A stretch of DNA of 64,000 nucleotides from Candidatus Alloenteromonas pullicola (GTDB lineage Bacteria; Bacillota_I; Bacilli_A; RFN20; CAG-826). The notes below the pieces were generated by a model that worked only from the letters and a program-made list of their open reading frames with translations, did not search any database and had not been told where the DNA came from. The position numbers and the translations under genes were made by a program. The stretch is from the NCBI GenBank assembly GCA_018714785.1, contig DVMV01000018.1, forward strand, positions 10,540 through 74,539, read 5' to 3'. Shown piece by piece: positions 33,421 through 43,198 of this stretch. Positions within the stretch are counted from its first letter, which is position 1. Every line of letters begins with the position of its first letter.

Positions 33421-35586
33421 TCAAAGCGTGTTTATTGCTTCGGCGTAAGGTATTTGAACCTCCTCGCCGTTTTGAACCACGGTGTCGTAGTTGCCCTCGA
33501 CCGCTACCGGATCGGGGTTATTGACAACGACGTCATCGAAGAACGCGACGCCCCAAGATAGGCCTGCAGCCAAGACATTGTCGCGGAGCTCGACATATAG
33601 GTAACGACCAAGCAAGGACGAGCAATCAGCGACATACTTAGTCATGCTGAGGCGGCAACCATCTTTGATAAGCGGGAAGTTCCCGTCGTTGAACTCGGTG
33701 TTCTCATAGACGGCGACCTCTTCCCCGGTCGAGGCGTCGATTAGCGCAAGCGAAGCTGCCCTACCACCGAGCTTGAAGGTTATGAATCCTGATCCAGATA
33801 GTTTGAACATAGTCGAACGAATTGAATAGCCATCGGATTCAGCAACTCCGCTGTTCCAACCATTGAAGAAGTATTCCCCGGTCTTGTTGAACGGGATTTC
33901 CTCGGCCCAGAAAGTCGTCTCGTTAGAAATTGGGTTCCCAGATATGGCTCCGGACTGGGTCCAGCCATCCAAATTGCCGGTCTCAAACCCTCCATTCTGG
34001 ATGTCGGGCTCGTTGAATTCGTCTAGGACCTCTAGCAAATACGATCCATCAGAGCTCTGACCATAAGCGTCGGTGGCAGTAAAGCCAACCTCGTATTTCC
34101 CCGATGCCACGTTAAACGACGATGCGTCAAAGTCCGCAACCGGTTCCCCGTCATGGGAGACCGAAACAATCGATAATTCAATCGCTGAAGTTGCGGTGTA
34201 ATCGTCGTAAGTGCCGGTTTGCGCGGCATACGAAGTCAAGTCGATGGTCGAAGGAATCACGTTGAACGACTTCTCCACAACGGTTGGAGCATTGCCGGCG
34301 AAGGGGAACGACATCCCGCCGTTGTAAAGAGCTTTGTAAGCCGGTGCTGCGACGGTGTCGTCTGTGGCCGCGGCGAACTCGCGGAGCGCGGCTACGCCGT
34401 CCTTGCCCTCCTGCTCGGAGAGGTTAATGTCGAAGCCATCGACCTGGGCAAACCCAAATCCCGACGTACCGTAATCGACGATGGTGAAGTAAAGGGTCCG
34501 ACCGATATACTCCGACATATCGACGTAGTAGGTAATGAAGGACTGGGCAAGCTCTGGATCCTTGAACCCGGTGTTGTAGAAGCGGGCGAGCTCATCGCCA
34601 GTGGCGGCATCGTTTATCCCGACGTAGACCTCGGCGTTGTAGGCACCCATCATGAACTTGGCGTAGGATTTGCCTTCCCCGGCATCTATCACCTGGAACT
34701 TCTCGCTGCGCATCGTCCCGGTGAGCGATTCGGCATGGTTGAGGCCGTTGAGGAAGTAGTTCCCCTCGGCATGGTACTGACGGTTGCCCCAATACATCTC
34801 GGTCGATGAGGATATGAGCCCGTCTTTGTCGAAGGCCTGTCCGGCAATCGGCTTCCAATATGAGGCATCGCCGGTCTCGAAGCCGCCGTTGCGGAGCTTG
34901 GTTACCGGGGTCTCGGCATCGATGTCCTCGTCGGCATGGGCAAGCAGGAAATCCGCCCGCTCCACCAGCACATCGTTTCTTTCCGCAGCGGTCTGAAGCA
35001 CCTTTATGTCATCGATGTTGAAGAAGGAGTAGTCGGTGTAGTCGCTGCCGGCGTCCTCATCGACGAACTTGATGTAGATCGCCTCGTCGAGGTGGTCGCT
35101 CAAATCGACGACGTTGGGGACCAATTCCGAGGATATGGTCGTGCCGTTCCAAACGGAGTTGGTTAGCTTGGTCAGCTTCGTCTTGTTGTTATTGGCGTAG
35201 AACTCAAGCGGCTGCTCCGAATCGACGGAATAGAACTCGACGTAGCACTTCGACTGGTCTTTCATCGCCCCGATATCGAGCGCGATCTGCCCGATGCCGC
35301 CGAGGATGAACGGATCGGAGGTCAATGTCCCCTTGAAAGACGGCAAGGAACCAACCCCACCGACGTAGGAGTAATCGCCTTCCTTGTCTATGTGCTTCTG
35401 GTCCGAATAGGTGTCGGCGTCGCTGACGTCGTCCTCCGATAGCCCGTTGATGGTCCAACCCTCGAGACCCGATTCGAACGATCCGTTCTCGATGGTCTGG
35501 TTGTACTTGGGCGCGGTGTCGGTTTCGCCTTGGCAGCCGCAAAGCGCAAGGGCGGCCAAAGGCAGGGCTAATAGATTGATTCTCAT
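33421..35586 (-). CDS. Surface lipoprotein with three or four tandem CBM-like modules (NGxFExG...W start signature; FKLxGxGxxxxKLGGR core)
   Basis: Lipobox LALCGC; repeated NGSFESGLEGW / NGGFETGDASYW / NGGFETGNLDGW module starts; FKLSGSGFITFKLGGRAASLALIDASTGEEV. Confidence 0.55.
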   Translation of the reverse strand: MRINLLALPLAALALCGCQGETDTAPKYNQTIENGSFESGLEGWTINGLSEDDVSDADTYSDQKHIDKEGDYSYVGGVGSLPSFKGTLTSDPFILGGIGQIALDIGAMKDQSKCYVEFYSVDSEQPLEFYANNNKTKLTKLTNSVWNGTTISSELVPNVVDLSDHLDEAIYIKFVDEDAGSDYTDYSFFNIDDIKVLQTAAERNDVLVERADFLLAHADEDIDAETPVTKLRNGGFETGDASYWKPIAGQAFDKDGLISSSTEMYWGNRQYHAEGNYFLNGLNHAESLTGTMRSEKFQVIDAGEGKSYAKFMMGAYNAEVYVGINDAATGDELARFYNTGFKDPELAQSFITYYVDMSEYIGRTLYFTIVDYGTSGFGFAQVDGFDINLSEQEGKDGVAALREFAAATDDTVAAPAYKALYNGGMSFPFAGNAPTVVEKSFNVIPSTIDLTSYAAQTGTYDDYTATSAIELSIVSVSHDGEPVADFDASSFNVASGKYEVGFTATDAYGQSSDGSYLLEVLDEFNEPDIQNGGFETGNLDGWTQSGAISGNPISNETTFWAEEIPFNKTGEYFFNGWNSGVAESDGYSIRSTMFKLSGSGFITFKLGGRAASLALIDASTGEEVAVYENTEFNDGNFPLIKDGCRLSMTKYVADCSSLLGRYLYVELRDNVLAAGLSWGVAFFDDVVVNNPDPVAVEGNYDTVVQNGEEVQIPYAEAINTL

Positions 35587-36980
35587 AGGGTTTCACCTCC
35601 ATATGTCTCGAGGGAAAGCCCCTCGATGCTTAGCTTCCCGAGGAAGCATATTGAGCTTTCGCCGTTGCCGTAGAACTGGCTGGAGAAAGCATAAAGACCG
35701 TCATCGATCAGCATGTCGATCAGGCAGCCGTCGACCAGGATGTCGAAGCGGAGCTCGGAGGAAGGCCGGACCTCGATGTAGCGGGTATCCTCCTTGGTTC
35801 CGTCTTTGCTGTATATCTCCTCTTCCATGCCTTTGCGCTCGACCTTAAGCAAGCTCCTATCCTTGGAATAGGAAACGGAGAACCCGCCGTCGAGGACGAA
35901 GCTCCAGTCGGAAGAGGTATCGACGGCGAACTTTATGCGCTTGCAATCGCCGGTTGGCAGATCGATCTTCTTTATGCCATCTTGGCAGGCGAGGTTGCCA
36001 TACTCGGCATGCCCCGTTTCGTACTTCTTAAGGCCATCCGGGAAAGACTGCTTGAGCAGAGGCGGCATAAAGGAAAGCCGGCGCGGCAAAACCAGCGACC
36101 CGGCATAGCCGTCTTTGGCGGTTGGATAGTTCCTATCCCACATCGCCTCAAAAGCGGTGAGCAGGAACTCGTTTCCATTCGACAACGTTTGGGCGGCGTA
36201 GAAGTCAAACCCATGGTCGAATTCGGTCTCCTCTCCGACCGGCTCAAAACGCCCGGACCTAAGATCGGCGCGCCCATAAACATAGACGGAGCTATGGATG
36301 TTCTGGAAGCGGTATGGGTCGGCCGATTTCCTAAACTGCGGAGAGAAGATCAGATAGGCATCGTCCTTGCCATCGAAGGGGAAGATTATGTCGGGGCATT
36401 CCATGATCCCCTCGCCGGTGAGGTCGCTGTGGTAGAACTCGGAGACGAACTCAAACCGCTCGCCATCCTTAGATTTGAACAGCAATATCGAGGAGCCTTT
36501 GTCCAAGCAACGGCATCCGGCGAGGATGTAGATGTTTCCATCCCTAACGAAAGCCTTGGGATCCCTGAAGTCTTTGCGCGAATACCGGCTTGGCAGAATA
36601 TCCGGATCGATGACCGGGTTCTGCGGGAATTTCTCGAAATTGCGGCCGTCTTTGCTTTTGGCAAGGCACTGCACCTGCTTCCCTTCCTGCGCCCCGGTGT
36701 AATAGGAATATATCGTCCCATCCACCACGATCGAGGAGCCGGAGAAGCAGCCCCATGGCAGTTCATATTGTTCTGTCGGCTTAAGCGCGATTCCGTCTTC
36801 TATGAACTTGACGCCATCGCCGGAAACGAAGTGGAGCCAATGCATCGGCCCCCACTCCGGCTTATATGGATAATGCTGGGCATAAAGATGATAGACGCCA
36901 TCCTTAAAGCAGAATCCGTTTGGATCGTTTATCCAGCCCTTCATGGGGGTTATGTGGAACAAAGGTCTTTTTATCGTCAT
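35583..36980 (-). CDS. Cytoplasmic glycoside hydrolase family 32 (beta-fructofuranosidase / sucrose-6-phosphate hydrolase / exo-inulinase type)
   Basis: Start re-called at MTIKRPLFHITPMKGWINDPNG (GGAGGAGG RBS, ATGA overlap); canonical WINDPNG, FRDP, ECP blocks; no signal peptide. Confidence 0.85.
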   Translation of the reverse strand: MTIKRPLFHITPMKGWINDPNGFCFKDGVYHLYAQHYPYKPEWGPMHWLHFVSGDGVKFIEDGIALKPTEQYELPWGCFSGSSIVVDGTIYSYYTGAQEGKQVQCLAKSKDGRNFEKFPQNPVIDPDILPSRYSRKDFRDPKAFVRDGNIYILAGCRCLDKGSSILLFKSKDGERFEFVSEFYHSDLTGEGIMECPDIIFPFDGKDDAYLIFSPQFRKSADPYRFQNIHSSVYVYGRADLRSGRFEPVGEETEFDHGFDFYAAQTLSNGNEFLLTAFEAMWDRNYPTAKDGYAGSLVLPRRLSFMPPLLKQSFPDGLKKYETGHAEYGNLACQDGIKKIDLPTGDCKRIKFAVDTSSDWSFVLDGGFSVSYSKDRSLLKVERKGMEEEIYSKDGTKEDTRYIEVRPSSELRFDILVDGCLIDMLIDDGLYAFSSQFYGNGESSICFLGKLSIEGLSLETYGGETL

Positions 36981-39022
36981 TTCCCCTCCTCCAATAGGTA
37001 TAGGCTCGCGTCGTGCAGCGTCGCTTCCCCGCCATCGGCGAAGAAGGATATCCCGTCGCTGCCTTCGCTTGGGTAGGCTATCCCGCTCATGGTGAGGTAG
37101 CCGCCATTCACGAACACCTCGATTGAGCTCTTGTCGAGGAAGCAATCGAGCTCGATGTCGCCGTTCTCGTCGGGGCTGACCACGGCATAGCGCAGCCCGT
37201 CATCCTCCACCCCGGCATCGGATTTGATCTCCAATCCGGAGTTGGAACGGTCGAAGACCAAGGCGCCCAGCGAGCCGTCGTAATAGACCTTGACCGCCTC
37301 ACCGGTTCCCTCGAACAGGTTGAGCCCGGCTTTCCCGCTTCCTAGCGAGGAGACGTTTATCTTGCACTTAACCCTGGCCGCGGCCCCGTTGCCTATAAAG
37401 GCGGATGAGGAGGCATCGGGCACCGAAATCGGATCGCCGAACAGGGTATCGACCTCCTCGATCGGCTTCTGGTATATATGCCCATCGACCAAGGTTATCT
37501 CACGCGGCAAGGTCGCCTCGCCCGCGGTCCCGTAGACCGCCGAGGGGTAGTTGCGGCTCCACATGTTCATCCAGGCCATCAGGATCTGCCTGTCTCCTAG
37601 ATCGAGTATCTGGGTGGCGTAGAAGTCGAATCCCTTGTCAAGCTCCTGCAGCGAATCGACGTCGGGGACGAACTCCCCGGTCGAGAAATCCATCTCGCCA
37701 ACCAGGTAGGCGACCGAATGCAGGTTCTGGAACTCGCCGAGCTCATCGCTTCTAACCGACTGAGGGGAGGTGATTATGACGTCCTTCCCGCCGAGGCTGA
37801 CGTAATTCGGGCATTCGAGCATCCCGTCGCCGGTGACTGTCGTCGAATAGGATTTTCCAACATAGGCAAACGACGCCTCGCCGGTTTGCTTATATAGGTA
37901 AACCGACCCGCCAGGGCCCTCGTTCTTCCCGCCGATGACGGCATAGACGTCGCCGTCGTGGAGGAAGCAATAGGGATCGCGGAAATCGGTTATCCGGCTT
38001 TCCCCGCGCATCGAGGAGTCAATGACAGGATTGGCCTGGCGCTTGGAGAAATTGACACCATCGTAGCTCGTGGCCATGGCCTGCTGCTGCACGCCGCCTT
38101 CCCCCACCGCGGTGTAAAGAAGGTTCAGCGAGCCGTCCTCTCCGACGAACGCCCCTCCGGAAAAGCAGCCGTTGAGGTCATAGGGCATATCCGGGGCGAG
38201 GGCCACCGGCAAAGTCTCCCAGTGCAAAAGGTCGGTTGATACAGCGTGCCCCCAATGCATCAGGTCCCAAGCGGGCGAATAGGGGTTGTGCTGATAGAAC
38301 ATGTGGTAGGCGCCTTCGTAGTAGATGAAGCCGTTTAGGTCGTTCATCCACCCGATCTCGGGCATCAGGTGGTAGGTGTGGCGATAAGGCGAATCCGGCA
38401 GCTCCGGCGCCGCCTTCTCTATGTAGGAGTTGGCGTCGCCGACCAAGGTACCGTCGTCGTCTTCCCCAAGGTAGTCGAACCTGATGTCATCGGCCAGGAT
38501 GTAGTTGTAGCCATCGCTCCCGCCATCATCGTCGACGAAGCGGAGGAAGCACTCGCGGCCGGCGAATTGGCCAAGCTCGGTGCTTTGTACCCTCATCCTC
38601 CGGCTCGGAGAGTTCTCGTTGAATAGCCGATTGGTTATGGAAAGCAGCGTCTCGCCGGTTTCGGCATCGATTAAATCGATGTGGCAGAGGTCGGGGTTCT
38701 TCATGGCGCCGAGGCTCATGGTCAGCCTGGTGTTCTGGCCGATCTTGAAGCGGGTGCTGTCCATCTTCCCGGTCGCGGAAAGATCGGATTCGGAATGGGA
38801 GGTATCGAGGTAGAAGTCGCCCGAGGCATTTATCCTCATGGCATCGGACCCGGCCACCGTGATGGCGGCATCGGAGAAAGCGGTCCCCTCGATGGAGGAG
38901 AAGCCGGTCAGGTCTCCCTGCTCGAAATCGCCGTTTACTATCCGGCAGTCCTCCTTAGCCTGACCGCAGGAGGCGGCGCTTAAGGCCAAGACCGGCATTA
39001 TCAAAGCAAGACGGCGAGACAT
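36977..39022 (-). CDS. Extracellular GH32 lipoprotein (levanase/inulinase type) with N-terminal CBM-like module
   Basis: Start at MSRRLALIMPVLALSAASCG (lipobox); N-terminal module FKIGQNTRLTMSLGAMK...DAETGE; catalytic blocks WMNDLNG, FRDPY, MLECPNY. Confidence 0.85.
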   Translation of the reverse strand: MSRRLALIMPVLALSAASCGQAKEDCRIVNGDFEQGDLTGFSSIEGTAFSDAAITVAGSDAMRINASGDFYLDTSHSESDLSATGKMDSTRFKIGQNTRLTMSLGAMKNPDLCHIDLIDAETGETLLSITNRLFNENSPSRRMRVQSTELGQFAGRECFLRFVDDDGGSDGYNYILADDIRFDYLGEDDDGTLVGDANSYIEKAAPELPDSPYRHTYHLMPEIGWMNDLNGFIYYEGAYHMFYQHNPYSPAWDLMHWGHAVSTDLLHWETLPVALAPDMPYDLNGCFSGGAFVGEDGSLNLLYTAVGEGGVQQQAMATSYDGVNFSKRQANPVIDSSMRGESRITDFRDPYCFLHDGDVYAVIGGKNEGPGGSVYLYKQTGEASFAYVGKSYSTTVTGDGMLECPNYVSLGGKDVIITSPQSVRSDELGEFQNLHSVAYLVGEMDFSTGEFVPDVDSLQELDKGFDFYATQILDLGDRQILMAWMNMWSRNYPSAVYGTAGEATLPREITLVDGHIYQKPIEEVDTLFGDPISVPDASSSAFIGNGAAARVKCKINVSSLGSGKAGLNLFEGTGEAVKVYYDGSLGALVFDRSNSGLEIKSDAGVEDDGLRYAVVSPDENGDIELDCFLDKSSIEVFVNGGYLTMSGIAYPSEGSDGISFFADGGEATLHDASLYLLEEGK

Positions 39023-41355
39023 CAGTAGATACCCTCCAAAAAGTTGATCTTCGCGTGCGAGATGCTGGTGTAGGAGGAGGCGGAGAAGGAGAGGCAAAGC
39101 GCGTCTAGATCGGTCGGGTAGCTCCTCGCCGATATGGTCTTCTCCTCATCGAAGCAGACCTCAACCATGCTGCGGTCGACCAGCACATCCAAAGTGTGGG
39201 TCGATTTGCCGGAAAGCGACCCGGAATACACTCCGCCGGACGCGGGGTAGTTGCTAAGGTTGGACTGGTTGTCCACCTCGGCATAGTCGGGGCGGATGGT
39301 TATCGCGGTATATTCCTCCCCGGACTTGGTCTGCCTGACCTTAAGCGTGGCCTCGTCGAGGGTGATGAAGGAAATTGTGAGCCTAAACGAATCCGACTCC
39401 ACCTTAGACAAAGCGGAGGCGAGATTCTCCACCGAAGGCAGATCGAACTCGACGCTCTCGCCGGATTCGATGGAGGAGGTGTCGATTATGGAGATCCCAA
39501 GGTCGGACCTCGAGGTGTCGTAATAAAGTTTCCTGACCATCCCCATGTTGTGGGCCCAGCCCGAAGAGGAGAGGGCGCTGGAGGTCCGAAGCGACTGCAT
39601 GATGGAGAACATGTAGGCGTTGCCGTCGTTGGGGTCGATGAATCCCGAGGGGCCGGTGAAGACGTTTCCGCCGTAATCCATCCGGCGCGGGTCGGCGAAG
39701 TCCGGGACGAAGCGGCAGGCTTCCTTATCGAATTCCCCGATCCAGTAGATGATGTTGTTGTCGGCGGTCTCGGCCGGGGCGGGCGAGATGGCCAGCACGA
39801 ACTTGCCAGAATCCTCGCCCTTTTCGTTTTTAAGGGGGAGCAGCACCGGCAATTCCCAAACCGATCCGTACTTGGCGTCGGAATTGCTGTAATCGAAAAG
39901 GTGGCCCTTGTACTCGAACTTGTGGAAGGGATCGGTCTTCGAGGCGTCGGTCTTGTAGACCACCACGGTCCCGCGGCCGCTGTTCTCGTCCCCAGATCCG
40001 ACTAGCAGGTAGTAATCATCGCCGTCGCGGTAGACGTGGGCGTCGCGGAATTCGCCCGCGCGGCCTTGCCCGGGCTGCTGGGCGATGGAGAGCTCATCGT
40101 CGATGACCCATTCTGTCAAATAGGGATCGGAAAGGTCCTTCGGGGTGGCCATGCCGATGTTCTGATTGGACTGCAGGCCCGGATGGGCGTAGTCGCCCGC
40201 AGTGAAGAAAAGCACCGGGGTGCCGTCGGGGGCGATGGTAGATCCGCCGCTCCAGACGCCATCGGGGCAGACCGACCCAGCGGTCGGAACCACCACTTCC
40301 TTCCGCGGGGTCCAATTGACCATGTCCGTGGAAGTCAAATGGCCCCAGCATATTCCCTGAGCCCCATTGAAATACGGGCCGTTGAGGTTCTGCTGGAAGA
40401 AGATGTGGTAGACGCCGTTATAGAAGAATGGCGCGTGCGGCTCATTCATCCAATTCTCGTATGGGCCGCCGTGGTATTGCGGCTTATATGCGTCTTCGGT
40501 CAAGGAGTTCTGCAGCCAAACATCATCGAAGCTAAGCTGCGGAATCTCTCCGTTTTGCAGGCCTTGCTTGAAGATTGAGCCTATTTCTGCGGCGGTTTTG
40601 GCCTGTCCATAGACCTTGACCTCGTCGAGCAATCCGGAGACGACGTTGGTAAGGCAATCGCCGTTGGAGCCGGCTTGGGATGACTTGCCGATGCTAAAGG
40701 GGACGTCGGCTGGCTGGATGAAGGAATCCTGCCCCACGTTCATCCGGTTGACAATGCGGCCGTTCTTGAATAGGCGCAGCTCGCCCGAGGCGCCGTCGAA
40801 GGTGGCGGCCACGTGGTTCCACTGATACTGGTCTAGGGGAGTGCCCTCGTCGTAGAGCTCGAACCAGCCCTTGTCGGTCCCGACGCCGACCATGAACTTT
40901 CCTTCCCGGCGATATCCAAGCAGGACGCCAAGCCCGGTCGAGCCGTCGTAGAAGTACTGGCTGATGATGGCCTGCACGTTGTCGTCGCTAGCGTTCTGGT
41001 CGGAGTAGTTGTAGGCCCTTGGGGCGATCCAGGCCGAGAGGGTGAAGGAGTTGCCGGACAGGACGAAGTCATCGGCCTCGCCGTATACGCTATAGCCATC
41101 CATGACCAAGGCCTCGCCGCGGATGCCTTTCTTATAAGAAAGGTAGGAATCGCCGCGGTAGGTCGGGGAGGACTGCAGATGGGAATACAGGGTGCCGGAG
41201 GCGCCTTCCTTGCCCTCGCCGACGAGCTCCATGCCAGATTGCTCATCGAGCGGGTAATAGGCCAAAAGCCCCTCGTCGAGGGATGGGGTCTTCGCCCCGC
41301 AGGAGCAGAGCGCAAACGGCAATAGGAAGGCTAGGGACTTTAGTTTTTTCATCAT
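39022..41355 (-). CDS. Lipoprotein with LamG/concanavalin-like domain fused to a GH32-like domain carrying non-canonical catalytic blocks (WMNEP, RDA, WELP)
   Basis: Start at MMKKLKSLAFLLPFALCSCG; LamG-like region (FTLSAWIAPRAY...WNHVAATFDGASGELRLFKNGRIV); GH32-like HGGPYENWMNEPHAPFFYNGVYHIFFQQN. Confidence 0.75.
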   Translation of the reverse strand: MMKKLKSLAFLLPFALCSCGAKTPSLDEGLLAYYPLDEQSGMELVGEGKEGASGTLYSHLQSSPTYRGDSYLSYKKGIRGEALVMDGYSVYGEADDFVLSGNSFTLSAWIAPRAYNYSDQNASDDNVQAIISQYFYDGSTGLGVLLGYRREGKFMVGVGTDKGWFELYDEGTPLDQYQWNHVAATFDGASGELRLFKNGRIVNRMNVGQDSFIQPADVPFSIGKSSQAGSNGDCLTNVVSGLLDEVKVYGQAKTAAEIGSIFKQGLQNGEIPQLSFDDVWLQNSLTEDAYKPQYHGGPYENWMNEPHAPFFYNGVYHIFFQQNLNGPYFNGAQGICWGHLTSTDMVNWTPRKEVVVPTAGSVCPDGVWSGGSTIAPDGTPVLFFTAGDYAHPGLQSNQNIGMATPKDLSDPYLTEWVIDDELSIAQQPGQGRAGEFRDAHVYRDGDDYYLLVGSGDENSGRGTVVVYKTDASKTDPFHKFEYKGHLFDYSNSDAKYGSVWELPVLLPLKNEKGEDSGKFVLAISPAPAETADNNIIYWIGEFDKEACRFVPDFADPRRMDYGGNVFTGPSGFIDPNDGNAYMFSIMQSLRTSSALSSSGWAHNMGMVRKLYYDTSRSDLGISIIDTSSIESGESVEFDLPSVENLASALSKVESDSFRLTISFITLDEATLKVRQTKSGEEYTAITIRPDYAEVDNQSNLSNYPASGGVYSGSLSGKSTHTLDVLVDRSMVEVCFDEEKTISARSYPTDLDALCLSFSASSYTSISHAKINFLEGIY

Positions 41356-42257
41356 TTGAGACCTGTGAAGGATACCCCTTCGATAATGTATTTCTGGGCG
41401 AAGATGTAGACCAAGGCGATGGGGATGGTCGAGAAGGTCAATGAGGCCATGATCATGCCGAGGTCCTTGGGGGTGTTCGTGTTGACCAACTGCAGGAATA
41501 CCTGAAGCGGCTGCATGGCCGGGTTGGGGAACATCAGCTGGGCGAAGATGTACTCGTTCCACTGCCCCATGAAGGTGAAGATCGCAACGGTGGCGAACAC
41601 CGGCTTGGAAAGCGGGAGGATCATCTTGAAGAAGACGCCGATCCTCGAGCACCCGTCGATCCTGGCTGCCTCCTCGATCTCGATTGGCATGCCGAGGAAG
41701 TACTGCCGGAACATGTAGGTGTAGAACAGCGAGCCGAAGCCGGGGAGCAGGTAGCCAAGGACGCTCATCGGCTCCTCCAGTAGGCCAAGGTAGTAGAGGA
41801 TGATGTAGGTCGGGACGACCGAGGTCTCGATCGGAACGATCATCAGGATGAGGATGATGGTCGTCATGGCCTTGTTGCCGGGGAACTTGAACCGGGCCAA
41901 GGCATAGCCGGCGAAGGAGTTGATCAGCAGCACGCCGAGGATGGTCACGCCGCAGTAGATTATGGAGTTAAGGATCGACCTGCCGAAGCCGTCGAACGAG
42001 TTGAACAGCTTCTCATAGCTAACGAACCAGGTGCTGATGTCGAAGCTAGGTGGCAGGAAGGTCATTATCGACCCAAGCTGGGCGGAGATGGTGTCGCCGT
42101 CCTTGAAGGAGTTGTCGACCATCCAGACGATCGGGAAGAGGAAGATGAAGCACAGGACGGCCAGCCCCAGCACGATCAGGGCTTTCTTCCCTATCTTGCC
42201 GAGGTTGGGCTTGCGGTGGATCTTCGCGGAAGCGATTTTGCCGTAGGTTGGTTCCAT
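41352..42257 (-). CDS. Sugar ABC transporter permease (MalG-like)
   Basis: EAA motif EEAARIDGCSRIGVFFKMILP; multi-TM. Confidence 0.85.
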   Translation of the reverse strand: MEPTYGKIASAKIHRKPNLGKIGKKALIVLGLAVLCFIFLFPIVWMVDNSFKDGDTISAQLGSIMTFLPPSFDISTWFVSYEKLFNSFDGFGRSILNSIIYCGVTILGVLLINSFAGYALARFKFPGNKAMTTIILILMIVPIETSVVPTYIILYYLGLLEEPMSVLGYLLPGFGSLFYTYMFRQYFLGMPIEIEEAARIDGCSRIGVFFKMILPLSKPVFATVAIFTFMGQWNEYIFAQLMFPNPAMQPLQVFLQLVNTNTPKDLGMIMASLTFSTIPIALVYIFAQKYIIEGVSFTGLK

Positions 42258-42261
42258 TGCT

Positions 42262-43197
42262 TTAAGCCTCGTTGTCCCCGCCTAGGACCTTCCTAAGTGT
42301 CAAGCTCACCGCGGCGATGATGACGGTGTAGACCATGGCGATGGCCGAGCTGTAGCCGACGTCGCGGTATTCGACGCCCTGCTTGTAGATGTATAGGGAC
42401 ATGGTAAGCGTTGAGTCCAACGGGCCGCCGTCGGTCATGATCATCGGCTGGACGCAGATGCGGAACGCCCCGATTATCATCGTTATCAAGACGAATACCA
42501 TGGTCGGCTTCAGGCCCGGCAGGGTGACGTTGAGGAACTGCTGCCATTTGCTCGCCCTATCGATCTCGGCCGCCTCGTAGAGGTCCTTGGGGATGTTCTT
42601 CAATCCCGAGAGGAGGATAAGCATCTGATAGCCAGCCCCCTGCCACGCGGAGATGAAGATGATGCAGCCCATGGCCTGATCGGGGTCCTCAAGGAACATC
42701 ATCGGGTTGCCGCCCAAAGCCAGAATGAGGGCGTTGATGAGGCCCTCCTGCGGGTTGAGCAGGTTCATCCAAAGCATCGAGGTGACGGCGAGGCTCAGCA
42801 TGACCGGGCAGAAGAAGGCCCAGCGGAGGAACGTGTTGAACCGCTTTATGTGGTTGAGTATCAATGCCAGCCCCAAGGCGGTCCCAAACTGCAGCGGGAT
42901 GACGCATCCGACGAATATCAGCGTGTTCGTCAACGCCTTTCCGATGGAGGCGTCCTGGAACAGCCTCACGAAATTGTCGAATCCGATGAAGTTCACCGAA
43001 TCGAGCCGAAGCATGTTGGCGTCGGTGAAGGCATAGGAGAGCGAAATGGCGATGGGAAGGAAGACGAACACCACGGATAAGAGGAAGCAGGGGGCGAGGA
43101 AAGATAGCCCCGCGATCGTCTCGCGGAGGCTATATTCCGTCCCGAAGAGCCGGTACTGGCCCTTGGACTTGGTTTTGGTGATGTCGCCGATTCGCAT
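42262..43197 (-). CDS. Sugar ABC transporter permease (MalF-like)
   Basis: EAA motif YEAAEIDRASKWQQFLNVTLPG; multi-TM. Confidence 0.85.
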   Translation of the reverse strand: MRIGDITKTKSKGQYRLFGTEYSLRETIAGLSFLAPCFLLSVVFVFLPIAISLSYAFTDANMLRLDSVNFIGFDNFVRLFQDASIGKALTNTLIFVGCVIPLQFGTALGLALILNHIKRFNTFLRWAFFCPVMLSLAVTSMLWMNLLNPQEGLINALILALGGNPMMFLEDPDQAMGCIIFISAWQGAGYQMLILLSGLKNIPKDLYEAAEIDRASKWQQFLNVTLPGLKPTMVFVLITMIIGAFRICVQPMIMTDGGPLDSTLTMSLYIYKQGVEYRDVGYSSAIAMVYTVIIAAVSLTLRKVLGGDNEA

Positions 43198-43198
43198 A

